A stretch of 64,000 nucleotides of DNA from an uncultured bacterium (GCA_963729625.1 CAVSOU010000005.1:32001-96000), one strand, 5' to 3'; positions 1-12,488 are shown, numbered from the stretch's first letter. Translations and numbers: made by a program. Notes: generated from the sequence alone by a model not told the origin.

Positions 1-1003
1 CGCAGGCTACCTCGGGCGCGAGGATTTGACGCGTGAGCGCTTCCTGCCCAATGTGTTTACCGGCCACGGCCTGATGTACCGAACTGGCGATTTGGTGCGG
101 TTGCGTCTTGACGGCCGGTTGGAATACATCGGCCGAAATGACTTCCAGGTGAAGGTCCGTGGTTACCGGATCGAGCTCGGCGAGGTCCAACACACCCTCG
201 CGCGCCTACCAAAGATCAGACAGTGCATAGTCGTGGTAAAGGAACGTGAGCCTGGCGACAGCCATCTTGTCGCCTACTACACGCTGCACAGCGGCCGACA
301 GACTGACGCCACAGAGCTGAAGGATGAACTGCGCCAGAGCCTGCCGGACTACATGATCCCTGGCTGGTTCGTAGAGCTTGAGAGCCTTCCCCTTACGGAT
401 AATGGCAAGATCAACGTCAAGGCTTTACCGGATCCGTTCGCATCGGCCCCAGATAACTCAGCCGAATCTGACAAAGGGCTTCACCTCGTCGAGGACATTC
501 TTAGGGGAACCCCCACAATCACCGAATGTGCGCTACTAGCCAGCTCTCCAAACGAGCCTGATCGTCGGCCAGTGGCCTTCCTCGTGCGGCACGGACCCCA
601 TCAGCCGACAGTCATAGCTGTTCGCAAAATGCTGGTCGGCAAAGTTCCCGAGGCATTGATTCCAGATACCGTAATCTCGCTGGCGGAACTTCCACTTAGC
701 AAGTCACGGCAGGTGGATCGCTCTCGCCTGGGTCGGCTTATCCCGAGCCAAGGCATCGAACCCACTACGGACACGGAAAGACTGCTCATGTCGACGTGGC
801 GGACGCTTCTAAACATCAAGGCAGTCCATCGGGACGACAGGTTTTTTGACCTGGGCGGTGACTCCTTGCTGGCTGTCCAACTAGTTCAAAGAATTTTGGA
901 GATCACAGGTTTCGGTCTGGAGCCTCGCGACATCGCCACCGAGAGTCTGTGGAAGTTGGCGCAGAACATTTTGCCTACCCGTGCGGTCGGGGAAGGACAA
1001 TGA
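1..1003 (+). CDS. NRPS-type adenylation domain (C-terminal part) + second degenerate AMP-binding C subdomain + peptidyl carrier protein; 5'-truncated by window edge
   Basis: A-domain core motifs YRTGDLVR, GRNDFQVKVRGYRIELGEV, LPLTDNGKI; PCP motif FFDLGGDSLLA near the C-terminus. Confidence 0.9.
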   Translation, partial: AGYLGREDLTRERFLPNVFTGHGLMYRTGDLVRLRLDGRLEYIGRNDFQVKVRGYRIELGEVQHTLARLPKIRQCIVVVKEREPGDSHLVAYYTLHSGRQTDATELKDELRQSLPDYMIPGWFVELESLPLTDNGKINVKALPDPFASAPDNSAESDKGLHLVEDILRGTPTITECALLASSPNEPDRRPVAFLVRHGPHQPTVIAVRKMLVGKVPEALIPDTVISLAELPLSKSRQVDRSRLGRLIPSQGIEPTTDTERLLMSTWRTLLNIKAVHRDDRFFDLGGDSLLAVQLVQRILEITGFGLEPRDIATESLWKLAQNILPTRAVGEGQ

Positions 1004-1779
1004 CCCCTTTCTTCTTTGGTGCTCGCGCAAATCCCCTATACGGCGTCTATCACGCCCCCAGAGCTTCCGTCGCCAAGAACTCTGCTGTACTTCTATGCGC
1101 CCCGGTTGGCATGGATTACATGTGCTGTCATCGCAGCCTTGTGTCGCTCGCATCGTCACTATCGGCTCTCGGCCATCATGTTTTGCGATTCGACTATCAG
1201 GGCACCGGAAATTCCGCTGGCACGATTTCTTCTGGACAATTCCTGCGCTGGATGCGCGACATAGACAGTGCCATCCTGGAATTGTTGGACCTGTCCGGCC
1301 CGGCGCGTATATCGGCTGTTGGCCTGGGTCTCGGCGCGCTTTTGGCAACTACCGCCTTGGCGACAGGTACTGCCTCCGTCGATCATCTCGTGTTGTGGAA
1401 TCCCGCGGTGTCTGGCGCAGCGTACCTGGCCGAGATTTCGGCACAAGACAGGGAGTTCTTTGGCCGGTCGAGGGATTCTCGCGCTCATCACGACGACCTG
1501 ATTGGCTTCCCGTTTCCCTCCGACCTGCGTCACAGCCTAGAACTGCTGGACTTGCGCCGAAACCTCCTTCCGCAACCCCCGACTGCAATCTCACTGGTCG
1601 CGTCGGAGAGAACTTCGGACTATCTGGAATTGGAGGCCGCGCTTTTTGCCAGATCGCCGCCTTCAACCATCGAGTTTGCTGCAGATCCAGCAGCTGCCGC
1701 CGCCGCAGAAGGGTTGAGCATTGAGAGCCTCGCAGATGCGGCTTTCGCCGCCGTGGTTTCCGTGGTGGACAGACAATGA
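1000..1779 (+). CDS. alpha/beta-fold hydrolase (resembles exosortase-A-system hydrolase 2)
   Basis: ATGA overlap with NRPS stop; VLRFDYQGTGNS, GLGLGA elbow, LVLWNPAVSG. Confidence 0.75.
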   Translation: MTPFFFGARANPLYGVYHAPRASVAKNSAVLLCAPVGMDYMCCHRSLVSLASSLSALGHHVLRFDYQGTGNSAGTISSGQFLRWMRDIDSAILELLDLSGPARISAVGLGLGALLATTALATGTASVDHLVLWNPAVSGAAYLAEISAQDREFFGRSRDSRAHHDDLIGFPFPSDLRHSLELLDLRRNLLPQPPTAISLVASERTSDYLELEAALFARSPPSTIEFAADPAAAAAAEGLSIESLADAAFAAVVSVVDRQ

Positions 1780-2627
1780 GCGAAGTGGTCATTCGCTTCG
1801 GCAGAAGTCTTCATCTTTCTGGAATTCTCACGGAACCAGAAGGGGCCGATCAATCACTGCCGACCGTGGTTATTGTCAGTTGCGGGCGCACGCACCACGT
1901 GGGTCCGTACCGCCTGTATGTGAACCTGTCGCGTGCGCTTGCCGAGCGGGGGATACGAACGCTGCGTTTTGACGTGGGGAACACTGGAGACAGCCAGTGC
2001 GCATTGCCAGCCGAGCCGGATTCAGGCGGCCTCGGATACGACATCCAGGACGCCTTGGACCACTTGAGTCGAGGTGCACCTGAAGCCCGGTACATTCTTT
2101 TCGGTCTACTTTCGGCCGCGGATCTGGCCTTTGCCGCTGCCACGCGCGACAAGCGCGTCATTGGCGCGATCCTGGTGGACCCGAGCGGATACAGGACTTT
2201 CGGATACCACCTGCGTCGCAGCCTGCAGTGGGCGGTCGCGGCATCTTTCTTACGCCCAATCTTAACTCGGAAACCGAAGTCGACCTGGCAGCGCACCCAC
2301 ATTGGCAGCCTGGATTCACAAAGGCCGGTACCGCACGAGCGCGACGCGACACAACGACAGATTCAAGAACTCATTAAACGCGGCGTTCGCCTCCTATATG
2401 TGTATGCCGGCCAGGGCCCTGAGGCAACGGTAAATCACGCCAGCCAGTTCTGGCGGATGTATCCGCAATTGCCGCGCGTTGGCGCCATCACTGTTTCCTG
2501 TTTTCCACGAGCTGACAACGGTTTCTCTAATAGAGAGGATAGAACCCAATTGAGTTTGCTGTGCGAACACTGGGTGCTGGTGACATTCGATAGTTATCGC
2601 GCTCATGTAATTCGCCCATCTGCCTAG
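1776..2627 (+). CDS. alpha/beta-fold hydrolase (resembles exosortase-A-system hydrolase 1)
   Basis: ATGA overlap; TLRFDVGNTGDS, LFGLLSAAD elbow. Confidence 0.75.
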   Translation: MSEVVIRFGRSLHLSGILTEPEGADQSLPTVVIVSCGRTHHVGPYRLYVNLSRALAERGIRTLRFDVGNTGDSQCALPAEPDSGGLGYDIQDALDHLSRGAPEARYILFGLLSAADLAFAAATRDKRVIGAILVDPSGYRTFGYHLRRSLQWAVAASFLRPILTRKPKSTWQRTHIGSLDSQRPVPHERDATQRQIQELIKRGVRLLYVYAGQGPEATVNHASQFWRMYPQLPRVGAITVSCFPRADNGFSNREDRTQLSLLCEHWVLVTFDSYRAHVIRPSA

Positions 2628-2693
2628 ATGCTCGAATAGATTTCTTGCCTTGCGCTTAGCGTCTTTAAGCCAAATGGTGTATTTAGCCAAATC

Positions 2694-3679
2694 ATGAATT
2701 CAGGTTTTCGGCCATCCCGCCTATCAGATCTGCTGCAGATCAAGTTGCTTGGCATCAACGCGTTCAATGCGAGCGGAAACTCGCCGTTTATCGGCGATGA
2801 TGCGCTGCAATGGAAATATTGGCAGCATCGAGCTGATTTCGAGGCGCCCAGGAGTTTTGTAATTGAGCACCGGGGCCGCGTGGTCGCACATGCCGGCGTA
2901 TGGCCAATAACTCTCAACGGCGAGCGCGGCGCACACATCATCGACTGGATGGCGGCGATAGATGCCCCGGCGCCGGCGTCTCTTTGCATCAGGCCATACA
3001 GAGCCGTTTTGATTTTCTGTATTCCATCGGCGGCGCTCAAGAGGCTCTTGATATTTTGCCGGCGCTTGGCTTTTCCGCCGTCGGCACCGCCTATACATGG
3101 GCCCGTCCATTGCGTCCGCTCCGGCAAATGTTCCACCACCAACGGCGCAATTGGCGACTTGCACCCAGATATCTTCGCAATCTCTGGCTTGCGAATATTC
3201 CTCCCAGAGCGGCTGTCACAAACTGGTCGACATCGCTTGCGACTGAATACGCGACCCCTCAACGGGAAGCTGGCTTCTTTGCTTACCTTGGTGTTTGCAG
3301 TGAAGCCAAGGTTCTTACCTTTAGGATTCTAAACAAGGGTCGTGACGAAGGCTGCATCACCTTGGCCACAGCGTCACTTCAAGCAAGGATTGCCGGAATT
3401 TGGCTTAGGGACCCATCGGTTCAAAATTGGAGCGTAGCTCTGGCTCTGGCAGAGACAATGGCAGTCGAGCACACGAACGCCTGCGAGATACTTTTTCGAG
3501 GTTCGTGCGAGAACAGTGTACTGGCGGCAAAGTCAGCGGGGATGCTTCTGGTCCGGAAAGAAGAAGTTGCCGTTCGCCGAAGCAACGGCTCTGTGCATCC
3601 AGTTCCAATTAGTGATCAGCTGTGGGACAACGACGCGTTCTTCCTGTCAGCAGGAAGGCGGCCGGAATTTGCCACTTAA
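2694..3679 (+). CDS. GNAT-like acyltransferase-family protein, frameshifted near 2970
   Basis: LQWKYW...GRVVAHAGVWP...IIDWMA in one frame continues in 2900..3679 frame. Confidence 0.5.
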
Positions 3680-3749
3680 TGCGCCACCCCTTTTGCCAGA
3701 AAAGGGATTACGGCCGCCGGAAATCCCCGCGAAATTCCAGACCAGTCAT

Positions 3750-4550
3750 TAAGCCGCAGTCAGAGTCTTACCCATAAGCAGCTCGGCGCCAAACTGGTGT
3801 GGGTCACAATGCCATTCTGCGATTCCGATTCGTCGAATCTCGTATCGATCGTGTCATTGGTATTTGTGCCTCCGTGGCAGGACGCACAACACACAAAGCC
3901 GGCCTCGCGAACCAGCTGTCGGGAGACGGCATTGATGTTTCTTCGCCCCCCAAACGGATACGCAAACAGATCTATCGGCTTACCCACGACTCTCTCAAGA
4001 ACCTCTCGCGAGGACTTAAGCTCCGCCTGAATGAGCTCTGGGGATGCCACGCCCATATCGAGATGTGAAGCTGTGTGACAGCCGATTTCAAAGCCCTGCC
4101 GGGACAGTTCCTGCACTTGATTCCAAGTCATCCAACTCTGCGGCTTCAGTAGCCCTCGATCCCAAGGAGGAACAACTGCCCCCCCAACGAAACCCGTCGT
4201 AAGAAAAAAGGTAGCGGGCGGACCGTGCTGCGAAGAATTGGAGCAGCCACCTCGAAATTATCCAGGTAGCCGTCATCAAACGTAATTGAAAGCGTACCCC
4301 CCATGTCCTGGCCGTCTCGTAGTCCTCTCACCTGCTCCGAGAAAGGCAGAACGCGGAAGTGCTTACGAAAAAACAGGCAGAACGCATCGAACTTTTCAGA
4401 CGAACACGTCAGACCATCTTCCGGAATGGAATCGTTGACTCGGTGGAAAGCCGTAACGGTCACGAGCGACCCGAAGCCACGCTCATACAGGCCGGTGACC
4501 GAAGCCACCTTTCCCACTGCCGTCTTTATGCTTTTGTTGAACTTCAACAT
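3750..4550 (-). CDS. polysaccharide deacetylase (NodB/CE4), frameshifted
   Basis: FHRV, ITFDDGYLDN, MTWNQVQEL..GFEIGCHTASH, FAYPFG split over ORFs 4146..4574 and 3760..4131. Confidence 0.85.
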
Positions 4551-5719
4551 CTCTGAGCAATGCCCGGGAGACAAAGGATGAGTCTACAGGATGAACTCCG
4601 AAAGCCCAGCGCAAATACCGCCCGCTAACGACCCAATTGGGGCTAATGCCTCGCAAATTTCATCATTTTAGGTCGGCGAGAACCGACGGCACGCAGGCAA
4701 TACCCTACCGGCCGATGACGACAATGTCCATATGCGAGCTCTGGTGGTGCTTTGGCCCACCATTCACATGGTCTTCTATGAAAGGACTTGAGGCAAGAGA
4801 CAGTATATGTCCAGCGCCAATCGAGTCCAGCTTGTGATCCGTCCACGGAGGTTACTACCCACAATCGATAGGTGCCGTCCCTACTGCCTAGACCATTCAA
4901 CTTAAACGGGGGCTCGACGCCCAAGCACCCACCCACATTTACCGGTGCCCCAAAGTCTGTCCGTACAGCTCGGTGACCCCGGAATATGAAATGCCCGAAA
5001 TCGTTGTATCTTGTAATTAATGCAACGTTACCCGATACACCACACATTGGGTCCGTCCACAGCCCAAACCATGAACGCTGTCCTTCCAAACCGGACGGAC
5101 GACCACTTCCGACATAATCTTGCTGCCAGATACCAGGGCTCTTGAGGTCTTCGAACCATTGCCCACGCAGCCCCTTTTTTCGATTGCATATAGCGATACC
5201 AGCAGGGTACATGACGCTTTTGATGCGTGCACAGCTGCGCACTTAATGGTGTTGGGCCGAAGCCGATCTTTGCGGCGCCGCATTGCCTCTTTCCCGACGT
5301 GTAGCTTGCCTTGCGTGCGACCCTCCACGACTGAAATCCAATGACTAAATCCGCAGCGCGCTCCCGCACGGGCCAACTCAAGACATTTCGTTGCAAGCAG
5401 AGCATTCGACCTGAAGTCATCGCGCCAGATGCTGCGTGGCTAGCGCCTTTCCCACCCAGGCCACTTGGGGCCACCAATAGCTCCTCAGCCTGATCGAGAT
5501 ATCGCTATCACCAGTGCCCTCAAACAGAGAACTGGCACGGGTAACGTCAGGAATCCCATCCTCCACAATGAGGCGCCATATTGCGAACACGCACGAGTCC
5601 GCATCGATGTGACGCGGGCCGCCGCGCGACCGCGAGAGGCGACTTGCGTGCCGCTATGAAATGACCAAATGTATATACTCCATGGTTCCCATCTGTAATG
5701 GAACTCTTTGAGTTTCGCC

Positions 5720-6875
5720 ATGCAAAGCTCTCCACGCCCCCGTCTCCTAGAAGTGCTTTACTCTTTCAATGTCGGTGGTTCCGAGCTTCTCGGCTTAGAG
5801 CTGGCCAGCCAGCTTCAAGAGAGCGGAATTGATGTTCTCTGCACGGCGCTGCAGGGCATTTCCGGCCCGCTTGCTCATAGGTGCATCGCTCGCGGCATCG
5901 AAATCGTTGACCTAGGACTACCAAAACACGGGTTGTTCACTCGCAATGGGCTTAGTTTAGATTTAATTCGGCGCCTGAGAGAGCTGGAATTGGATGCCAT
6001 CCACCTGCAGCACTTCCTCGGCCTCAACAAGATGGGACTTGCAGCAAACATTGCCGGAATACCTCGAGTTGTTGTTACGGAGCATTCATTGCTCGACGTG
6101 AGCCAGTCATTCGCGGGGAAGCTTCGCATTCGCCTAAACTGGCGTTTGGCTGACACGATAACGACCATTCACCCGCAGATAACCGACTATCTAATATCCA
6201 AGCTAGGCGTGAAGTCCGAGCGGGTGATCACCGTGCCGGTCGGCATAGAAGTGCAACGGTGGCACCGTACAGACCGGGCAGAACGACGTTTGGACTTCGG
6301 TTATGGCGCCGAGGACTTTGTATTTGCGTTCGTCGGCCGATTCGCTGCTGTAAAGAATGTCCCCGGCCTCGTCGAGGCATTTCTGAATATCAGTCGCGTA
6401 CTCCGTTGCCGTCTCGTCTCGTGCTGGTTGGCGACGGCGCCGACATGCAACCTGTTTTAGAATTGCGGACCGTCATCCAGCAGGTTCACGCATACGATTT
6501 GCCGGTGAGCTTGACGATGCGCGTCCGGTGTTGGCTGCCGCAGATGCATTCGTGATGAATTCAATTCCGGAAGGCACGCCCCGCTCGTTATTGGAGGCCA
6601 TGGCCATGGGTCTGCCCTGCGTCTGCCCCGCGGTCGGCGGCATCCCTTCAATACTGGCGTCTCGCGGCTGGTTATTTCCGAGCCAAGATTCTGTAGCGTT
6701 AATCGATGCCCTCTTGGCAGTTTCGCGAAATCCAGCCGAGTCGCGTCTAATCCGGGGAACGTGGCCGTGATTTCGTTGTAGATAACTCGACTCCCGGAGG
6801 ATTTGTGATCAATATCGTTCGCTGCTCTTCCCCGGTATCTCTAATGATTTTGCACAACGACGTGGGGATGTCTAA
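5720..6875 (+). CDS. glycosyltransferase family 4, frameshifted
   Basis: GGSE N-terminal motif, FVGRFAAVKN, EGTPRSLLEAMAMGLP (EX7E) across ORFs 5708..6460 and 6528..6770. Confidence 0.85.
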
Positions 6876-8018
6876 ATGGTATCGAGCGACCTAAAAACCT
6901 GCCTCCATATCATTAGCACTGGCGGCTTCTACGGCGCGGAGCGCGCCGTGATAGAGATTTCCGCGTACATGGCCGAGCACGGGTGGCGGCCACACATCGT
7001 GGCGCTTGAGGGTAGAGGCGCCTCGGTGCTCGTCGAGCGCGCGCACGCAATGGGTCTGTTGGCAGACTCGTTTGGCGCGGATCGCATTGGGCTTTTCGAA
7101 ATGCGTCGGCGACTCGCTGCCATCGCCGGACGCTATTCTGAGCGGGATCATTCATTCACACGGCTACAAACCGGACATTCTCTTAGCACTCTCGTCCTTC
7201 TCACGTCAGTGGGTCCGATTTTCCACTTGTCACACCTGGTATAGCGATACTTGGCGCATGGAACTTTGGGATACATCGACAAACGTGTGCTTCGAACGTT
7301 TGATTGTGTGGTGCCCGTCTCGGGTTTCTTGGAGCGGGAGTTGCTTGAGAGTGGCGTTTCTGCGGACCGAATTGTCCGCATTGATAATGGCATTGATGCT
7401 CCGCCCAGGAGCCCGGCCGATGGCATTGCCATACGTCAGGAGCTCGGACTGTCGGCGGACGATGCCCTAATTGTCCAGATTGGGCGGCTCGCCAAGTCTA
7501 AACGAAATGATCTATTGATTGAGGCGCTCACCCATCTGCCCAATTTTCCACGCCTTCATATCGCGCTCGTAGGAGACGGGGAGCAACGTGGACTTCACAA
7601 ATGGTTCATCACGAACGTCTCGATGGTCGCGTGCACTTTATGGGTTATCCGCCGCATGCCAATAGGTTTTTGAGTGCTGCCGATATATTGGCGATCACGT
7701 CAGATCACGAAGGACTTCCGATTGTTCTACTCGAAGCTATGGCAGCCCATTGTCCGGTAGTTTCGACCGATGTTGGTGCGATCGGTGATGTGCTTAAGAA
7801 CGGGGAAAGCGCTTGGCTAGTACCGCCCAACAACGTTGAAAGCCTGGCGGCGTCACTTTCTGAGGCACTAGCAAGTCCCGCAGAGGCGATACGTCGCGCA
7901 ACGCGGGCTCGAGCAGTGTTCGAGCTCAAGAACTCACGAACGTCCATGGGTTCTCACGTATCTTTCTCTATATGAGCAGGCTTGGAATCTTCGCTATAAA
8001 GATGCGGGGAAGCACTAA
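6876..8018 (+). CDS. glycosyltransferase family 4, multiply frameshifted
   Basis: GGFYGAE, IHSHGYKPD, IGRLAKSKRND, EGLPIVLLEAMAA in successive frames. Confidence 0.85.
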
Positions 8019-8329
8019 CGGGCTCTCGCTTCGCGCGCCTTCGCGAACCAAACGTTCCTCCTGTCAATTCAATGTTGAATACACCAGTTTTCGCGATTGG
8101 TGGAGGGCGAGCCTTGCAGATCAATAAATTCTTATCGGTTTGCGGTCGTGAACAACCGATGGATCAATAACGGAGCAATCCGCCAACTAGAGCAGGTCAA
8201 TTGTAAACGCTCGATCTTGTTTCCCCGACTTCCTTGGGCCAAGACGGCCCAGAATTTCGAGGCGTTTCCACCTAGGAACATGAAGGCAGCCCCGTCGACT
8301 GCGCATCGCAATTGGCAGGGACACCAGGG

Positions 8330-8590
8330 CCCCAGCGCTGCGACTGACCTAGGATTCTCATGGCGAACGCCTTGATTGACCCTTAACCAACCCCTGACAC
8401 CGGCCGATCTAGTCCCGATATGCCCAGCCTCGCCCAGATGCTGGCCCAGCACTCTGCCAGCATCGCCGACGATCGTCCCGTCAACACAGACGAGCAGCAG
8501 ACTGCCCGCTGTCGCTGCCACCTAGGCCATCGGCGCTGCACCGGCCCTGTCATGTCCTATCGCGCCAGCGATTCCGCAGACACATCCGTT
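8330..8590 (-). pseudogene. decayed N-terminal remnant of asparagine-synthase-like (Ntn) amidotransferase
   Basis: Minus strand reads CGIAGAIG, then ARLGISGLD and NQGVRHENPRSV-like segments, with a stop and frameshifts. Confidence 0.4.
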
Positions 8591-9050
8591 GGTACTGCTA
8601 TGTATGCGATGGGCGCGGTCTCATCCGCGGGTGGAACAGGACGCTCCAGGACGGCTACGCGCCAACCAGGCAGATCGCTTAACACTGCGTAAATCACGCG
8701 GTTACCCTGATTACCGACCTATCGGCTGCGGGTAACCGCGGCGTGCAGCACGTGATGACCGATAACCGCGTCCCGCACCGTTCCAAGGCGTTCAAATGCC
8801 TCCTTCGCGGACCGCGACATCCGCGCCCTGCGAGCCGCCGTACACGCCCAATACCACGGCGATGCCGGGCGCTCTCCGGACCTACCTGATGAGTGGGCCA
8901 GTACCGCGGCCTACCGGCGCTCAGAGCGGCGGAGCCAGGCACAGAAGGCCTGGACCCGACACTGCAACCGCGACCGTCCGCACTCCACGCTAGCCCCAGC
9001 CACCCGCCGTAAAATTCGGTCTGGATGGGAAAACCTACTAAACATCACAA

Positions 9051-10612
9051 CTAGGTCACCTGCAACAGGGCGGGCGGCAGAGGCGCCACAGACGCAAAAT
9101 TGCAGCCAATCCGCGTTGGCGGAGAAGCACCGCCCCATGCGCCCATGTCGCAAGCAGCGCCGCTGCTCACGCCGCCAACTCTCCCAGGACTGGAACTAGT
9201 TGCGCTACCTGCCGTACCTGCTACCAATGCGTAGCCAGCGGGATTAAGCGACGTGGCACTCAATGTGGGCTTCACGAAAGTTGGTTCGAGGGCCACTGAA
9301 TGCGTGTCAAACCCGAGTGCGCTCTGGGCTTGAGATAGCGTGTAGGAGCTAGACGGTGTGCCAATATTGCTGGTCGGCGCCAGGGTCAAGTACTTGCCGT
9401 TTGCCGCAACCACACCGTAGAGGTTGTAGTCCGATTGCAGGATGGAATTCGCCACCAACCCCAAGATACCCTGATACCCCAGCGACCCACTGCTTAGGTG
9501 ATATACATTGTTGTAGTTCGTGACCATCGCGCCGGGCGAGGTCACGTACCTGCGGCAGGATAGTAGATTCCTTGACCACCAGGACCGAAAACGAATGTGT
9601 TGTTGTAGAAGACGAGATTCTGCGACGAGAGCGTGTTCGACAAACTCCCATCCCATCCATTCGCGTTGGGGCAGAGCATGACGTTATTGTGGACGGTCAG
9701 CGTATCGCCCGCCATCTTGCCACCAGAAGCCCCGTGGACTGCGTTCTGCGGATACAAACCCGCTGACTCGATATAGTTATATCGCCAAGTGTGGTTTCCG
9801 TTCGGATAGTACTTGTCGAAGATCCCATTATTGCAATCGTAGATCGTATTGTATTCATATACATTCGAACGGCAATAATATGAAAAGATGCCCGCGACAT
9901 CATCCGGGTTCTGGCCATTAGTCGGTGGCTGAACGCCATGAAACCTGTTGTTGTGAATCCAGGCACCGGTGTAGCCCTGCATGAAGATAGCGGCCACGTT
10001 GTCATTGTCGGTGCCGCCGATGTCGTAGACCTCGCAGTTACGTACTTCAAGTCCCGTCGCGCCGCCTTCGACCCCCGCGCCACCACTCACCCCGCTTGGG
10101 CCAGCGAGATAGAACGCGAAGCCGTACTGATAGGCTCGGGTTATATATAGCCCATCGATAATGACGTTCCCCAAGTTAGGTGGACTTTTCGTATATTGCC
10201 CCTGCCCAATGATTCCACACTCGGTCGTTGGATACCCTCCTCCCGAAGGATTCGCAGCGGTCAAAATGGCGGCACGCGGAGTCGTAGATTGGATGAGTGT
10301 GGGGGAGGCCGATGTCCCGCCATTAACCGACAACGCAGGCTGATTAAATGAACCCGCTTGGCACAACGAATAAACGTTGTATGTGCCCGGAAGAATGCCT
10401 ACCGCCTTCCCGGCATATGTGCTCCACTTTGAGTTTATCGCCGTGATCGACCAGGGACTAGCAAGCGTTCCCGGGTTGGAATCCGAACCTGTAGGCGAAA
10501 TATAGAAATCGTAGCTCGTAGACTGAGCAGAAGCTGTACGAATAAGTCCTGGTACTGCCGTGGCCAGAATGGCGCAACCGCCTTGTTTCAGCAGCGTTCG
10601 TCGTGTGAACAT
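9051..10612 (-). CDS. Tat-exported right-handed beta-helix protein (possible polysaccharide lyase/modifier), frameshifted near 9545
   Basis: TRRTLLK twin-arginine signal; FYISPTGSDSNPGTLASPW; PbH1-like repeats (IHNNRFH, YEYNTIYD, WRYNYIE, FYNNTF). Confidence 0.75.
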
Positions 10613-11306
10613 GCGTGTAATTCCTCGCTAGAGCAAGTGCCCGTGTCCGGCAAATTCGTCCCGGGCGGTGGGGCCTGTGATTGAAGACAGCGTACCCTAT
10701 GGACCATGATTGTCACCCGATGGCAAGATTCAGCTCCATTGCGCCGTCGGGATGGTTCGTTCCTGGCGTCTCGTGGACGCCGAGGAGTGATTGCCTAATG
10801 TACCGTCGGTACGAGTGGATTGGGAGTCGCCCCGGTCGGTCCCGAGCATCAGCCCGGGCGAGCTGGCGAGCGTGATTCACCACCAACTGTGCGCCACAAT
10901 TACGTCGCATACCAACGCCTGGAAAACGATAAGCGCGGCCCCACCAGGGCGCAAGCTGTCTCCCGATCACGACAGCGATTACCTTGTACGCGCTAAACAC
11001 GGCGTGGAATGGCCGGATTGTGTTGCCGCGCATCGTCGACCGATAGCGAATGTCATAAGTGAAATTGGGACGCGTTTCTCGTCTGCCCGGCTACGAGAAG
11101 CCCCTATGGGCGATTCGCTCGGAGTTTACGGCATGTGGCGCTTCCGCCGGCCAACTGGACTCCTTGTCCTGGTTGCTTTTGGAGGGCCGCTAGCGCCGCG
11201 GTCGCTGCAGGCGATCCGGCGTCAATGCAGTCAGACGTCCCAACGCCCTCCGCTACGGTGTTCTTTGGAGGCTGGGCTCGTCTGGCTGGCCTTCGGCAGG
11301 ACCGGG

Positions 11307-12488
11307 CTAGGCCTTGCGGGTAGTTTTCCATGTGAACGCAGTCGTCATGGCGTAATTGAATACGGCGCCGACCACTACACCGGCGACGGCCGAGGGAATC
11401 CACCCAAATCTCGTCTGGAATAAGTACGATGCAATGCCGACGTTTGCTAGAGCGCCGACACTGCACGCCAGCGCAAAGGTCACGAGGCCTCGCATCCATT
11501 TCCACCCTCGCAAACGCATGTCGCGATAAGTGAGGACGTTATTAACGGCGAAGTTGAACGTCATCGCCACAAGAGCGGCGACGGCCTGCGCTTCAATGAA
11601 GGAGGTCCCGAGGACCTCAAACAACAGCGTCAGCACCAAGAAATGCACGGCGACACCCGCACCGCCGACGATAGAGAAGGCAACAAATCGTGCGGGTACG
11701 ATGTGCCCAAACCGCTTATCCAGTAGCAGCATGACGTATTCCCAAGCGGCGGCTGGTCGAGCTTGCTCTCACCGGCATGCCGTGTTCTGAACTCGTAGGG
11801 CAACTCAGCGAAACGCAGGGTACGCGGGGACGACGCGAACACATCCAACAAGATCTTGAATCCGATCCCCGATAGCTTGCGTACACTCGCGTTCAGTACT
11901 TCCCGCCGCAACATGAAGAAGCCACTCATCGGGTCTGTGAGCTCTGCAGGAACGACCGCGCGGCTCAATCGGGTTGCCAGTCTGCTAATAGACGCACGTG
12001 AAGAATCCCAATTGCCGATTCCACCGCCACTCACGTAGCGACTACCGACCACGATATCCGCCTTGTCATCGCGCAACAGCTGCAGCATCCGTGGCAACAG
12101 CGTCTCGTCGTGCTGCAGATCGGCGTCGATCACCGCGAGGTATGGGGCGGAGCTTGCGAGCATGCCCTCCACGCATGCGGAGGAGAGCCCACGGCGCCCA
12201 ATCCTTTGAATGCATCGCACGCGCGTGTCAACGCAGGCGACGGCTCGCACAGCATCTGCCGTCGTATCGGGAGAATCGTCGTCCACGAATATAATTTCCC
12301 ACGCGTACCCCGCGAGGGATTGCCTTAACCTTTCGATCAGCTCCAGAACGTTTTCACATTCATTAAACGTTGGCGCGATGATCGATAGTTCCGGCCCCAC
12401 ACGTGACTGCATCTCGCGCCCCTTGACGCTCGACTCGCGGGTGAGCGGCTCGAGGATCGCACCGGGTACTGGAGAAGCTTCTGTCATG
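11307..12488 (-). CDS. GT2 polyprenol-phosphate glycosyltransferase fused to GtrA-like domain, frameshifted near 11750
   Basis: IIAPTFNE, VDDDSPDTT, DADLQHD, DPMSGFF; GtrA part FSIVGGAG...NFAVNNVLTY. Confidence 0.85.

Noticed and set aside
4643-5700. 199-aa and neighbouring ORFs
   Set aside because: No recognisable motif or convincing start; cannot support a call.
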